Shown piece after piece: positions 11,551 through 25,949 of a stretch of 64,000 bases of DNA. The notes below the pieces were generated by a model, which did not search any database, was not told where the DNA came from, and saw nothing but the letters and a program-made list of their open reading frames with translations. Each line of letters opens with the position of its first letter. Position 1 is the stretch's first letter. This stretch comes from Blasia pusilla. Its lineage: Eukaryota. A program made the translations under genes and the position numbers. The stretch covers positions 7,564,001 through 7,628,000 of the forward strand of contig CM114271.1 of assembly GCA_050084515.1 (NCBI GenBank), in the 5' to 3' direction.

Positions 11551-14500
11551 TGTAGAAAATTGCCAAAGAAGCACAAGTGGTGGGAAATGGCTCTCACACT
11601 CAATCACCATCATGGAGAGCAAAATTTTACAATGAGAGAATGAATGGAGGTTGGTCCCCTTCTCAATTATATAGGGTATATACAAGCAACCCTAACCGTA
11701 ATCTTAACCATAGTCTCGAGTTAGACTAATTGTGATTAACTAATCCTAGTTAAGATAATTGCGCTTAATTGACTAACCAAGATTAAGCTTCCCTACTTTG
11801 TGTGGGTACCAAATATAATAGTTCAGGTGTCTGATGAGGTTAATTGTAACTCAGTCTTCAATACTCCCCCTCAAGCTCATATCGATATGTCTAACTCCTA
11901 AATTGTTTCTAAATATCTCAAACTTATCTTTAGACAATACCTTTGTAAAGATATCAATAATTTTCTGATCTGTATCTATATACACAAGATCAATTTCTCC
12001 TGCAAGAACTTTTTCTCTGATAAAATGATAGTGCACCTCAACATGCTTTGTACGAGCATGAAACACACGGTTATTAGTAAGCTTGATGCTACTAATATTG
12101 TCTGCATATATTACACTAGGTCCTTAATTACTAACACCAATCTCAACAAGTAATCGATGAAGCCACACCGCCTCACATACTGCATTGGTTGCTCCTTTGT
12201 ATTTAGCCTCTGTTGAAGATAAAGCAATTGTAGGTTGTTTCTTTGAAGCCCAACTTATAACTGCGCTTCCCAAAGTAAATGAATAATCAGATGTGGAGTG
12301 TCGATCAGACACGCTTTTTGCCTAATCAGCATCTATGAATCCTTATAATTGTAAACTCGGAGAAGGTTCAAATTGAAGCCCAAATTGAAGAAAGAATTTC
12401 ACATACTGCATAATCCTCCTCACAGCATCAAGGTGAGGTTTTCAAGGTGCTTGCATAAATTGGCTCAGAAGGCCAACTCCATACCTCAAATTTGGCATGG
12501 TTGTAGTCAGATAGATCAAACTTCCAACCATGCGCCTGTACATATTAGAATCTGCAAGCAACTCTCCTTTATCCACTCTTAGCTTCACACCCTGGTCCAA
12601 CAGTATAGAGATTGGCTTACAATCCGTTATACCATATTTTGAAAGCATGTGAAGAGCATATTGTTGTTCTAGTAACCACATGCTCTATCCAACCTTGACA
12701 AACTCAACACCAAGGAAGTACTTGAGTTCTCCCAAGTCCTTCATATCAAATTCTGCCTGTAACTTTAGCTTGACTTCTTATACCATATCCTTAGTACTCC
12801 TTGTAATCAAGAGGTTGTCAACATACAACATAATAATAACCGTATGATCTATCCTCTCAAGACATATAATGAGGAGTCAAAATCACATATCCTAAAACCC
12901 AACTCTTATAGGATGTATGTAATCTTGCAATACTAAGCTTTTGAAGCTTGTTTGAGCCCGTATAGAGCTTTCTTCAACCTGCATACGCGAAATGGAGACT
13001 CAAGATGCTCATATCCAGGTTGTTGAGTCATATATATCTCTTCATATAGCTCTCCATTCAAGAAGGCATTCTTGATGTCCATGTGATGTAATCTTCACTT
13101 CTTACTTATTGTAACTGCAACCACTGTTCTCGTAGTCGCCATCTTTGCAATAGGGTTAAATGTTTCCTCCTAATTGATGCCATATTATTATGCATAGCCC
13201 TTAGCCACCAATCTGGCTTTGTATCTGTTAATTGTACCATCTTGATTGCGCTTGATCTTGTAAATCCATTTGCAACCAATAGCCTCCTCATCATAAGGTA
13301 TATCAACCAGCTCCCAAGTCTGTTGATGTCTTACTAAAGCAAGCTCTTCCTCCATAACTTCAATCCATTTGACCTTACTTGTAGCTTCTTCAGAATAACT
13401 TGGCTCCTATTCTTGAAGGGTAGTAATCATTTATGCCTGATGTTTTATAAGGAATCCTTCATTTATAAATCTATGAACAGGATGTATGACTCTACTTGAT
13501 CTACGAAGTTGTTGTTTAGAGGTAGATGTCTCTGACACCTAACTCGAGCTCTGACTAGTGTCAACAGACTGAATACGTACTCTTTCCGTTCATGGACTCA
13601 AAGATTCAATTGACAAATCTAGGACCTCTCCTAATCCTGCACTAGTACTTGGGGAATTTGTAGGCAATGTCTGTTGGTTTCCAGTCATGTTCTCCCCCTC
13701 AATAGACAAGTTTAGAGGTGGAATAGGCTCAAATGGAGCATACTATGACTTTAGCTCATTAAAGACAACATCACGACCAATAATAAGCTGTTTACAGAAT
13801 GGAATGTAGCACTTATATCCCTTAGTTCCATCAGTGTAGCTAATGAATATACCTCTTTCAGATTTGGGGTCTAATATCTGACGTCTTTCAGAAGGAACAT
13901 GAGCATAAAAAATACAACCAAGTATTTTCAAGAAGGAAAAATTAGGTTTAGTTTCTCTGAAGACTTTGAATGGATTCTTATCATGAACTCTTGCAGTTGG
14001 AGTTCTATTAATTAAGAAGACTATATCTGCTACAACCTCTGCCCAAACCCCTTAGGCATGTTCTTCTCATTCAGCATAGCTCGTGCTGCCTCAACAATAT
14101 GTTGATTCTTCCTCTTAGTCACTCCATTTTGTTTTGGAGTGTAATGGCAAGTCACTTGACGTTGGATGTCATTCTAACGTAGTAGTCATCAAACTCTGTT
14201 GAAAGATACTCTCCTCCTCTATCATAACGTAATTTTAGAATTTATTCTCTAGTTTGCTTCTCTATTAGAACTCTAAATATTTGGAACACAGAGAATACCT
14301 TTTACTTGGCCTTCACAAGGTATACTCATATATACCTAGAGAAGTCATCAATAAATAAATAAAAGTACTAGCAACCACTAAGGCTATGTTGTGATGCTAT
14401 CCACACATCACTGTGAATCGATACCAATATCTTGGATGCTCTTCTACCTTGCTTTGGAAATGGAAATCTAGCTTATTTTCTAAATTAGCGAGCAAGATAT

Positions 14501-16818
14501 ACCTCTGACGTAGCAAGATTCACTAATTTAGAAAGTCTTATTACTAGATTAGATGATGAAAGACTTTGTAATCTTTGAAGATTCATATGTCCAATTCTCT
14601 TATGCCACACATTTAGATCTGTGACTTGTTGGCCAGTTTCACCATACATTGTTGGTTGAATCTCTGGGATAGAAACATCTAATTTGCCCGATCTAGTTCC
14701 TTTGGATATCGTAGTCTGGTCATCCATTGTTTCAATGAAACAACCATCTGTGTTAAACTTCACTTGATAACCCTGTTCTTCTATCTGTCCTATAAAAATC
14801 TAGTTTCTTGCAATGGTAGGAACATAGAGAATATTTCCAAGAGCACAAAGACCATATGATGCTATTGGAACTTTATCGGTATGCGTGATATGATATTGAG
14901 TGTCATCTCTTGTAAGCACAATTCCAAGATCTTTCACCGGCTCCATACTACTAAATCATTCTGCTTGTGAGGTCATGTGATTTGATGCAAGAGAGTCAAT
15001 GTACCAATCTTCTATCGAGTCTTTCTTGACCATTGCTCCCATATAATGAGTCATGACCAAGAGCTGCTCAATTTGTGAATGTTGTTGTTCTTGGTAATGC
15101 CCTTGATGTTGTTGCTCCACATAGTTTTGTTGTTATTAAGTACCTATTCTCATATCTGCCTTCTTCTTCAAACAAAACTTTGCATAGTGATCCTTTATCC
15201 CACAGTAATTTCAAGATCCAGACCTCGACCCCAACGGTTACCATCATTACCATCTTGTGATTGTGTCTGGTACTGATTCATAGTTGATTGAGTGACATTA
15301 TATTGAGTGCCTCTTCCTCCATATGTTTGGTATCCACCACGATCCCTGCCTCTATTTGATCCATAATGTGCAAATAGCGCAATCTTTTGTAGACTAGACG
15401 AGCTTCTACTACCTACTAGGCGCATCTCTTCTCTAATTAACAGTGGGACTAACACTTGAAAGGTTGGATACTTCTTTCTCACAAAGATCGATAGAGGTCT
15501 CAAAGGACTTGTAATCCTTTGGAAGGCCTTGAAGAGTGAACAAAATCAGATCATCATCTTATATTGTCACTCCAATGCTATTCAACTTATCAACAATATG
15601 TCTAATACTCAAAACATAATCATTTATGCTCTACGATCCTTTCCTCACTTCGTTCAATTGCTTTTTCAATTGAAGCTTTTTGGCCTTTGTAGATGTATGG
15701 AACAGCTTTTCCAATGCATCCCATGTCTCCTTCGGAATATCAACATCTTGAATATGACATGTCATTGGCACACTGATCGTTGTTGAAATATAGTGGATTA
15801 CTTACCTTGCGCGTTTTTTCCAAGCGCGAATACTCAAGTCTATTGAGTCACCTTCTGGCTTGGCCTCATAACATGTGACAAGCTCTCATAGTTCTTGACT
15901 CATTAGAAATTTTTTCATGCGAAACTTCGAGACATTGTAATTCTGCTTATCTAGTTTCTCGTCTCTGATTGATGTTGGAGAATACTCCATGACGACGATT
16001 TTACTCATAAAAAATATAATTTCAGGTTCTCTAGTACCCAATTGAAGCATAGACCACTTTTACATAAAAATTGATCTGGAATTCGCCAAAATTGACCAAT
16101 TATATGGAAGAAATAGTCAAAATTGGTATGTAAAGAGCAAACTACACAACTTTTCTTTATTAATTGCTCTTTCCTATACTGAAATTGCTACTGCAGGAGC
16201 TCAAAATATCAAAATTGAGCGATTTTGGATGCGTTGGAAAGCTCTCAACAAGCTCTATAAGAAATTTAAAACCAACCTCTAGCGCCATTCTAAAGAATAC
16301 AGACCCAAATGGCTAGATTGATTGGGAAAGCCCTCAAAAATGCCTCCAGAATTTTATCACCGTCAAAGCTTCACTTGAAATCTGCACCCACTAAGCACTG
16401 AACCAAATTTCCTTCTCCCAAACTAAAATTATGCCTTCTCTTTCCTCTCTTCTCTCCTCAAACATCAAGAATTTCAAGTGATGTTCTCCTATTGCTGTGA
16501 TACCATGAAGAAAATTGCTAAAGAAGCATAATTGGTGGGAAACGCCTTTCATACTCAACCACCACCATGGTAAACAAAATTTTGCAATGAGAGAATGAGT
16601 AGAGGCCGGTACACTTCTTAATTATATAGGGTATGTACAAGCAACCGTAATCCTAATCTTAACCATAGTCTCGAGTTAGACTAACTGTGATTAACTAACC
16701 CTAATTAAGATAATCACGCTTAACTGACTAACCAAGATTAAGCTTCTCTACTTCGTGTGAGTACCAGATATAGCAGTTCAAGCATCTGATGAGCTTCACT
16801 GTAACTTAGTCTTCAATA
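11551..16818 (-). mobile_element. Full-length degenerate Ty1/Copia LTR retrotransposon
   Basis: LTRs of 313 bp at 11551-11863 and 16506-16818, CACAT TSD on both sides, Met-type PBS TGGTATCACAGC (16494-16505) and PPT TGAGGGGGAG next to the 3' LTR. Confidence 0.95.
11851..15990 (-). pseudogene. Copia gag-pol (gag, PR, INT, RT, RNase H) with many stops
   Basis: Motifs WHKRIGHMN, GCIFYAHVP...[31 protein letters not shown] and HARTKHVEVHYHFIRE, with INT before RT. Confidence 0.92.
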
Positions 16819-17199
16819 CACATCCCACTCCTTAGCTTTTCTGATGATGTAATTGAACAAATGTTGCTTTAGTTCATGGAAGGCGTACTCGTCAAGGAAA
16901 AAATGGGCAACTTCTTGTCCGGTCACCTGCAATAAATCTTCATATGTTCGTTCAAAATCAAAGCCTTAAATGGAATAGTCTAATGTGTTATCCACCAAAG
17001 CAGTCGCCTTTGAGTCGAAGAAGATTTGGTATGTCTTATTACGTATATTCCCGGTCCAGACGGCGGCTGAGGGTATCTACAATGATGATCGACTTGGATA
17101 TAATCCTTAGAAAAAAGTGATACGCACGTAGGGTGATGATAAACATCTTGTTGGATCAATCCAACAAGGCGTTTACTCCACATTTAATTCCAAGGCTTG

Positions 17200-17603
17200 T
17201 AACAAGTTTTATCACCATCTAATGGTTAGGAGAAAAGTAAACACCATGTTAACATGAAAATGCCACAAGGACTCGGAAAAAATCCTACTCAATGCCCTCT
17301 TCCTTTTTGATGACATCTCTTACTCTACCCTTCCCCCCTAGGTAGAAAAAACACCGTAACATTGGAGCATGAAATTCTTAAACGCATTAGTCATTGTTTA
17401 TGCCTAGGTCTTAGTAGGCAAGTGAAACAAGTATGACTTGTCTTGACTAAAGGGTATTGATAACTACTTTAGTCATAAGCAGATGACTATGTGAGTTATA
17501 CAAACTTAAATTTAATGACTAAACCATTTTAGTCATAATTTGAGTCATTCTTTTGATGAGTCATATAAAGCCTACTCATAAAAACCACACACTTCTTCTA
17601 GTG
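17200..17603. mobile_element. Right end of a CACTA (En/Spm) element; left end not found in the window
   Basis: Ends ...CTTCTTCTAGTG (reverse complement CACTAGAAGAAG) with TGACT/AGTCA subterminal repeats. Homologous to about 48290-48751. Confidence 0.85.
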
Positions 17604-19308
17604 ATGCCTCGTACTACACCACTTCATGCCACACGGTATCCACGCTCTCATCTCCCATGGCACCATAAGGGAAAACTTCATAAATAAATGGAAGGGTGAT
17701 AAAACCCACAAAGCTTAGGCTATTGTCGTTGGAAACATTGATAGAAGGTCCACAACTCTGCCTCCACCTTGTTATGGCTGCTAGGTCTACGAAGCCGCTT
17801 CCATCACCAATGGACTTGAAAATAGGCTGCTTGCCCACTTTTTTTACAAGCGAGCACCCAACTTCACAATGGTGTCAAGAACTCCAGATGGGAGTCGTTT
17901 CTTCATCGGCTACTCCAAACATCACTTGGCAACAAGGAAGGCATTGATATTACATGCTGGCATAGGAGCGTCCACTAAATGCTAGTCCATCCTGCTGAAG
18001 AAAACTTCTGCGGTTATCTCCACTCGCAGACTTTCCTCACACACTGTCTGAGTCAACTGTCCAAGTACATTTTGGTATGAAATAGAGGTCTTTAGCTTTT
18101 CTTGGATTGCATGGAGAAGACGTTTTCTATTACACTAGAAGAAATCGATGGTTTTATAACTAGGTTATATGACTCATATGAGTCATACTTTACATTCCAC
18201 GACTCGCAATGACTGACGACTACTTTAGGCACAAAAGCCAAGTCATATTTATATGACGACTAGGCTAACTAGGATGGTCGGCTTAGGTGGACACTCGTAC
18301 ATGACTATAAGATGTAGTCATGAGGCCATGACTGACATGTCACTTAGATAATGTGGAATAATGACACGTCAATGGATGATGTGGACTAATTGGTGTGATA
18401 TGTCATTGATGACGTGGAATATGGAAGACAACTCGTGTAGTCATATCTAGGGTATCTGTCTAGTTACCACCAATGACTACAGTAGACATGTTTAGTCATG
18501 TAAAAGTTCACAATATCCAATGACAATGTGATAGGTGTATCCCATGGATGAGAAATCCACTTGGTGATAATAGTCATATCTCCGCCACTCATTAAATTTT
18601 CGGATTCAATCATAGTTAGCAACTTGTGTACTCATTTCAATTTTTTCCAATATTGTAATGTACTCATGTAGTCACATTTAATCACTGGCCGAGTAGTGAC
18701 ACATGACTAGAGTAGAAGGCCCTACAACTGGTGTAGACATAACAATATGACTGTGGGAGTTGCGGACATGGCAAAATGAGTCCTATAGTCATTGCAATAG
18801 GACTGAATGAGTAATTTTTAGTGACTAGGTAGGGATGAAAGCTCACTGCACCAATAATATTTATATAACAAGTAGTGAATGTAGGTTTCATTTTTGGACA
18901 TTTTTTATCAGTTTCTCAATGCCTTTTGAAAGATCTTTCAGTTGTAATTGGAGTCCGAGATCACCTTGGCACCAAGCTTCCCGTATACCATGATAGACAA
19001 GAGTTTGTCACACAAAATACACACCAACCTTGCTTTTGAGAGTTCTAGTCAGCTTCAATTGGAGCATTTTCAGATTAAGTTCAATATCATAGTCCTCACC
19101 TTTGCTTCTATGTCTGAAGGTTGATCACCAACAGGAACTTCGTAATGCTAGGTAAGTCTACAAGTGTGATATTCACAATATTTGGGGAGAATATTTACAA
19201 CCTAATTTGCTTCTCCGAAATCCCTTTTTTTCTTCCTATCTCTCCCTTCATTTTTTTCTGCAACAAACAAATACGATGAGAGCCAAAATGTGTAATGTGA
19301 TGCATCAT

Positions 19309-19422
<114 letters not shown>

Positions 19423-20082
19423 AGTCCCGACAGGCATGGTATGTTGGGACAACATGTTTTAAAGCACTACTCTTGGGTAGCTTATAATGAGTGAACTGCG
19501 TGCAAGCAATATAGCAATACTCTCTATCGAGTTGCCCATTGCCGTAGTTGAAACCTGTAGTGAGCTTGCGATGTTGTTCCCCTGGTTGGTAGGTGTGGAT
19601 TAGTGTGTCCTTTAATCCATGTGACTTGTGGCAGTTGTACCACAAGTAAGGTGTCCAATGGACTTAGTTGGAGTAATGGAGATCTGTCCTTCTTTTGAAG
19701 TTGGATTCACGGGCCCTCCTCTACAGCTTAATGCCAAGACTGTTCACCTTCGTAGGTAGTGACGATCTCTGGGGGTAACAAGCGGGCTCTCTTTGGGCAC
19801 CCTACCGCTTGGAGGCAACCCCTCCGCACAAATAGGACAATGAGTCCCTGTCTCAACTCTCGGGCTGGGAGCTTAAACATTCTCCCCGGATCCTAAATCA
19901 GTTGTTTGCCAAACCTCTACATATAATCAGCCGCCTTGAGCCCAATATATCTCCGTCCTCCCAAGCTTGTGAGGAGTATCAGTTCACCTATCAAAGGCGC
20001 ATACAAAAGCTCAGCATCCCCAAGCTGGGCGGGGAATACCGGCATGTTTATGTGAGACAATCAAAGGGCCCCTCTAGTTTGG

Positions 20083-22502
20083 ATGTGGGCAGAGATCGAG
20101 TTCAATCTGGTCTATAGGAGGAGACCACGGTTCCACATGACCATTTTTGGTGTACGTCCCACAATAGACTTCGTCTCATTTAAGATCATGTGCGTAGCTT
20201 TAGGCTTTGAATTCTTGGTTATTGTTGGAGTTACTCGGATGATGAATGGCCGTCAATGTATCTTCAAGGCGTCCATCAAGTGTAGAGGAGGCCAATACTT
20301 GGCTTGCCACAAAAACCAGGTGTCTCAAGAACTGAGATGTGCCTACAAATGGAGGGCTATGGTAGTTGACGGTGGTTCTAGCTTGAAGGAAAGGCCCATC
20401 TCCACAAAACCGTTGGTGATCTACACACCTAATATCTTTAGTGCTCTCCAAGGAACTAGCGATGAAGAGCCTGCACATGAAGAGGTTCCATGTTGCAAGC
20501 AGCCACACCTATGCCAAAAGCATGCCCGCCGACCCCCAACCCACTTAGTGATAGGTCTCCATTTGGGTACCTGGAACTTATGTGGACTAACCCATGCAAT
20601 GAAGGAGCTGGAGGTTGCTGAAGTTTTGCAAAAAAATCAAATACATATATGCTGTGGTCAGGAAACTTGGGAAACCAAGTTAATGGAGATACCCCATGTA
20701 CCACACTATGCATGGTTTGGAAAGATGTGCAACACCCAGGCGGACAACAACAGAGGTATGAAGGGTGTCGGGTTCTTCATCAGAGACTTCATGGTAGACA
20801 GGTATGAGATCATCCGCACACGGCTCGAGTATGAACACAACATATGGGTCAAAGTTCGAGCAGAGTGCAACTCGCGGGATATGTATATTGGGTGTATTTA
20901 CATGCCTACAAACAGTGAATCTGCTATTGTAACAGAGGCATCTTTTGATAGTGTGAAAATTGATTGCCTTGGGTTCCAGAAAAAGGGGAACATAGTCTTG
21001 CTGGGAGACTTCAATAACTCGGTGGGACAAGGCACCGATTCCCAAGCGGAGATCGGGATGTTTGGAGATGTGAGAGTGAAGGGCAATGGCACACGGCTAA
21101 TCACGATGTTGAGGGAACTTCAACTGATGGCACTGAATGATAGGCATAAGGTGGGTTCCCCGGCTTGGACTAGGGTCAACTTCAAGGAGAATGAAATCTC
21201 CATTATGGACTACATAGTTGTGGATGAGGAACTCTACACACGCAGTGGGAAGATCACAGTGGATGCAACAGACATTGGAAGATTAGATCATTCATTGGTT
21301 TAGACAGAATTGCAGCAAAGGCTAAAATGCTCGACCAAACCAGTGAAGAGAGTAATCAAGAAATGGAGGATACAGGACTTCCAAGATGAGGGCAACAAGA
21401 AGGTGTACATTGGCAAGTTGGAAGAAAATCTCTTAGCATTTGACACTTTCATTGCATCTATCTTCAAGACCTTTAGGTTCACAAGAACAACTATGGACAT
21501 GGTGTTGGCATTGTGGGAGTGTGGAGTGACAGATGCCGCCGAGATTGCTGTCGGCAGGAAATTGATAATATGCGGCAGAGTTGTCAAATGGTGGTCCTTG
21601 GAACTGAAGGCATCCATTGCCAAACGACGGGAAGCATATGTAACAAGTGCCAAAGTCTGGGACGATTCATCCTTGTGGGCAGAGTATGTGGCCCAACGCA
21701 AGGAAACCCGTCTTCTCGTGCGCATGCACAAGAAGAAATTGAACCAAGCGACATACTCATCCATCAATTAGAATTTCACTGAGAATCAGAAAAAGTTATG
21801 GATGGAAGTGCAGAAATTGAGCAAGGCCAGGGACAAAAATGACGTGAAGGCCTTGAGGAGAAAAGATGGTGGAATGGTGACCATGGCTAAATAGATCCGA
21901 CATGTGTTGGAAGACCATTACAAGGAATTAGGCAGGAAGCCCGCTCGGACATCCCTTGAAGAGCTGAACTTCGAGAGGGTGGTGGAGGATTCTATTAAGA
22001 TACAATGGGAGAAGGTAGATGATGAGGTTGAGTTGAGCAATCCATATAACGATTGGTTCTCCCTAGCTGAGGTGCGAGCAGCGATCAAAGAACTTGTGAA
22101 TCACAAAGCATGCGGTGGTGATGAGCTTGTGAATGAGTTGTTGAAGTATGGCGATGCTGCTATGGCTCGTTCTCTAGTGAGTCTCTTCAACCTGGTCTGG
22201 CGGGCAGATATCATCCCACAAAGATGGCGGATGGCAGTCATCGTGAACCTCTTCAATAAGGGTAAGCAAGACGACCCTGGAAACTACAGGGGTATTACAT
22301 TGCTGAGTATAGTCGGGAAGCTACTTTGCCGTATACTCAACAATAGGATCTCTGTGTACATGGAGGATAATTTTGTCATTAAGGAAGGCCAGGCTAGCTT
22401 TCGGCAAGCTTGAGGATGCGTGGATCACATCTTTACCTTCAGTCAGATTATCCAGGGTAGGAAAAAAGAGGGGAAACCCACCTATTGCTTCTTCTTGGAC
22501 CT
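20083..22502 (+). pseudogene. LINE ORF2, 5' part (endonuclease and RT N-terminus)
   Basis: ORFs 20083..21303, 21310..21771 and 21904..22413 lie in one frame separated by stops. Confidence 0.9.
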
Positions 22503-23721
22503 TATAATGTCTAAGTGTTTCTTATTTACAGTCAATTGTAGAGTTCGATCCCCAAGAGGATCATTGTTGGATGAAAAGAGAGTATAAGGTGATGATTATA
22601 TTGTAAAAGTGTAAGTGATTATGTAATTCAATTGTAGTATTCCAGTATCAGCTTCCGATCCTTCTTAGTACCTATGTTTTCTTCTTCAATTCTCTCGAGT
22701 GGAGTTTAAAGGACGCTCAGGCAATTTATTCTCTCATCATCTCGGAACCTGACAGAGACCTCAAGAATAAAGCTGGCTTCTCCTACTTTCGGAACTCAAT
22801 CCGTCGGGGTAGGTTACTCTCTGTCAAACAGATTTCATACAACTTTATATTGATTATTCCATGGATGAGAAAGGTTCGTCTGATTCACTCTTCACTCGGC
22901 AGACCCAAAAAGAATATTCAGACATAAGCATCGCACATCAAAATAATTGAATGAATGCTTTACTACTCCATCAAGAATTGGAAGACTTCAAAGTATCTAC
23001 AAGCTCGAGAGGGTACATCTCTCTTGCTCGGACCATTCCTATAGCATAAGGACTTCATGAGCGAATGATGATAATAGCTTCTGTCCTGTTTCTTAAATAT
23101 TCTCGAGAGTAGGATCGTTTCTATGATCCGAAGCGTTCTTGATGAAGGGTGTGTCTTTTCAATATCTGTAACTACCTAGATCTATGGTTCTCTTAGCTTT
23201 TCCTACGATCCCTATGAATCCGCGGTACAAAACTGTCCTAACTACCAATTTGATACAAAGGGTCGCGCCCTTTCCTAGTCTCATTCTGTAAACTATGTGT
23301 CGTTTCGAATCTCAATTCGCTGTGCTAAATTTTCGGAGGACGAAGTTCTTCTTTCTTCTTTGTGCTTCGCTCTTCGTGCTTCGCTCTTTGTGCTTCGCTC
23401 TTCGTGCTTCGTTGAAGAACAAGGTACTTTGTATATAGAGCTTCGTTAGCCTTCGTTAAGCTTCGCTGAGCTTCGCGTTGAGCCTTTATACTTCTTTACA
23501 GCTTTTGACTCTCCTCTAAGGCAAATCCTTGATCTTCATCTCTCTGCCTTGTCTTCGGAGCTTGGTGATTCACTTATTCTTCTTTATAATAATAGATAAT
23601 CATAATCAAAATCATAATATACAAGAGTCTTCGTTGAATAAAATGATACATTCTTCAAGATTACAAAATTGTGGGTATCACATACCCCCTCCCTCAAATG
23701 TGAGCCGCCTCGGCGAACACT

Positions 23722-25380
23722 TCATGATGTATCTGCTATCTCCATAAATGTGTCGTCTAAACTATCAAATTCAGGGTTAGGCACCAAACGGCCATGAATC
23801 GTAGAAGGTTTGTTGATAATGTTAGGGGTATGATTGCGCATTCTTTCTCGCGACTTGTTAACAACTAAGTGACTTCCGAGGACTTCATTCTGGACTAAGA
23901 CATCACATGGAGTGAATGCTGGTAATTCTTCAAGAGTAATGGAAAGAGTGGGTACTACTTGTGGAAGAGATTTAGTATGATTGTCGAATTGGCGCTTCCA
24001 ATGTTTGTTGATGTAGTCGATTTCCTCGTTCATCTGCTCTTCGAAGTTCTTGGTTGCTTCGTCGACCAGTTCTTTGACATCGTCCGGGTCCATCTGAGCT
24101 TCGTTGAGCAGCTTTTGCTCCGCCTCCAAGACTGCGATCCTCCCGGTAGCCTGCGTCCACTGTGCCAGTAAGTCTTTGTTCGCTTCTTGATATTCTTGAA
24201 GCAGCTTCGAAGACTCGGCATGCTGGATTGATAACTTCTTGAATTCGGTGTGAACTTGTTGTATCTGATGTCGATACTTGTTGATGAGGTGCGAAGCCTC
24301 CTTGATCTGCGAAACTAACTGATCCGCCCCACATTCGAGGTTAAGTGCCAGGCTTTCCCATTGGCGTGCGTTCCGTGCTTCGTACTGACACTGGACCAAG
24401 TCGCTCTGAGTTTTGTGAAGCGTGGTTTGCGTTTCTTGAGTTCCTGATTCCGTATTTGCAGATTCGTTTCTGCTACTCGACGCTGTACTTTGTGGTCTGA
24501 CGAAGCTTGGGCTCTGCAATTGAGGTCGTGCAAGCCTTCTAAATAATCGTCCACGGACGCCGTATCCTCGAGTTGAAGAATCCGCTGGAGTTGGTTCATG
24601 ATGGGAGAACCACATCATGTCGTCTGCCGTCTGCCGTCTGCGACATGAGACGAAGCGTAGGTTGATGATCCCTTGCCCGCGGGGTCTCGTCGGAATCCTC
24701 CTGCATTATAGGTTCTGGGTCCGGGGGTGATTCAAAATTGACCCGGCCTCGCTTTGGCCGAGGCATCTCGTTGATAGCTTCGTCTTTCTTCAAAGCCGAA
24801 GTATGCGGATGTTGCTCAGGTGCTTCGGAAGGCGGGGTGACTTCGCGGCAACCCGTGGTACTAGTTGCGCCTTTCCGTGGTAGTCGGACGGGGGTCACTT
24901 GCGTCCAATCTAACGCCTCCTCTACGGTCAATTCCTGCTTGTGAATATAAAGGTAAATCAAGAAAGGAGAGAGGAAGGACTTCGTGCTTGGATGAAGCAC
25001 GTCCACCATTCTCTCAAATGCGTGCGGTCCACCAAAGCAGCAAAGTCGACTCCTGGGGCTTCGGGGTCAAGGTGTTGATTCCAGATGATGTAGCACATCT
25101 TCAAGATCTTGTTCGATAGATAGTAAGAACGAGCGGGATAAAATAGGGTCATCAGATGTTTGCAAAACTGACCAAAGATGGGCGGAGAGAGTGACGAAGC
25201 CTTGTAGCCGTTCCTGCCCACGCGCTCAGACGTGACACAGCCGAGTGCTAAAAGATCTTCATGTTTGACGAGCAATTCCATGTCATATTCGTACTCTGGA
25301 GCAAAGCATGGAGCAGATAAGTTGTTGCTCTCGATCGTCCCCGTCGATGTTGGTGAGCTCGATATCAAGACCCTTCTTTC
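23722..25380 (-). CDS. Extra 3' ORF(s) of the Gypsy element: coiled-coil protein of unknown function (frameshifted)
   Basis: ORFs 24958..25779, 24596..25009 and 23722..24618 lie between INT and the PPT and have a heptad-rich C-terminal part. Confidence 0.55.
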
Positions 25381-25949
25381 AAAATTTGGCGCTGCCAGAC
25401 GCCGGCGGCTTCGCCAGGAGTTCTCGATGTTAGAGTCGATTGGCTTGAAAGAAAGTTGCCAACGATCGCTCCTCGGCCCGATCGCTCGGTGACGGCTTGA
25501 CCGTCGGCATCGCGCCATGAGAATGGGTGTGGCGTCTTCGCGAGGCATGTTGCTAGGTCGATCTCGATGGACACGGCGCTTGGGCTGCTCGCAACCGTGG
25601 TGATCCGTCCATGAAAATACCGCTTGGGTACGCCAGACGCTCTTATAGTCCGCTCCCCCCCTTATCATTCTTGGTCGTGGGCGCCGGGTCAGTAACAAGA
25701 AAGTGGGCGCCAGCGGCCGCCACGCAGTTCTCCTTCCTATCTTCCTGTGCTTCGCCGCCGGCGTAGCATGGGTCATCAAGAACCAGCGGTGCTTAAGCTA
25801 CTTAGCGAAGCACGGTCTATCTTGAACTTCGTAGCCGTGACTTTGCGAAGCTCAGACATCTTCGTAGCCGTGACTTTGCGAAGCATGGGGCGTCGCCTAC
25901 CCCTTCCTCATGTTTGATTATCCTCAAGTTCGGGCTCATAATACCGGCA

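Noticed and set aside
11830-11850. Hammerhead ribozyme core CTGATGA in the Copia LTRs
   Set aside because: There is no properly placed GAAA or supporting stems.
18865-18877. ACAAGTAGTG as a right CACTA end closing a short 18133-18877 element
   Set aside because: Only CACTA matches the left TIR and there is no TSD. The end at 48751 matches the TIR and the TTA TSD.
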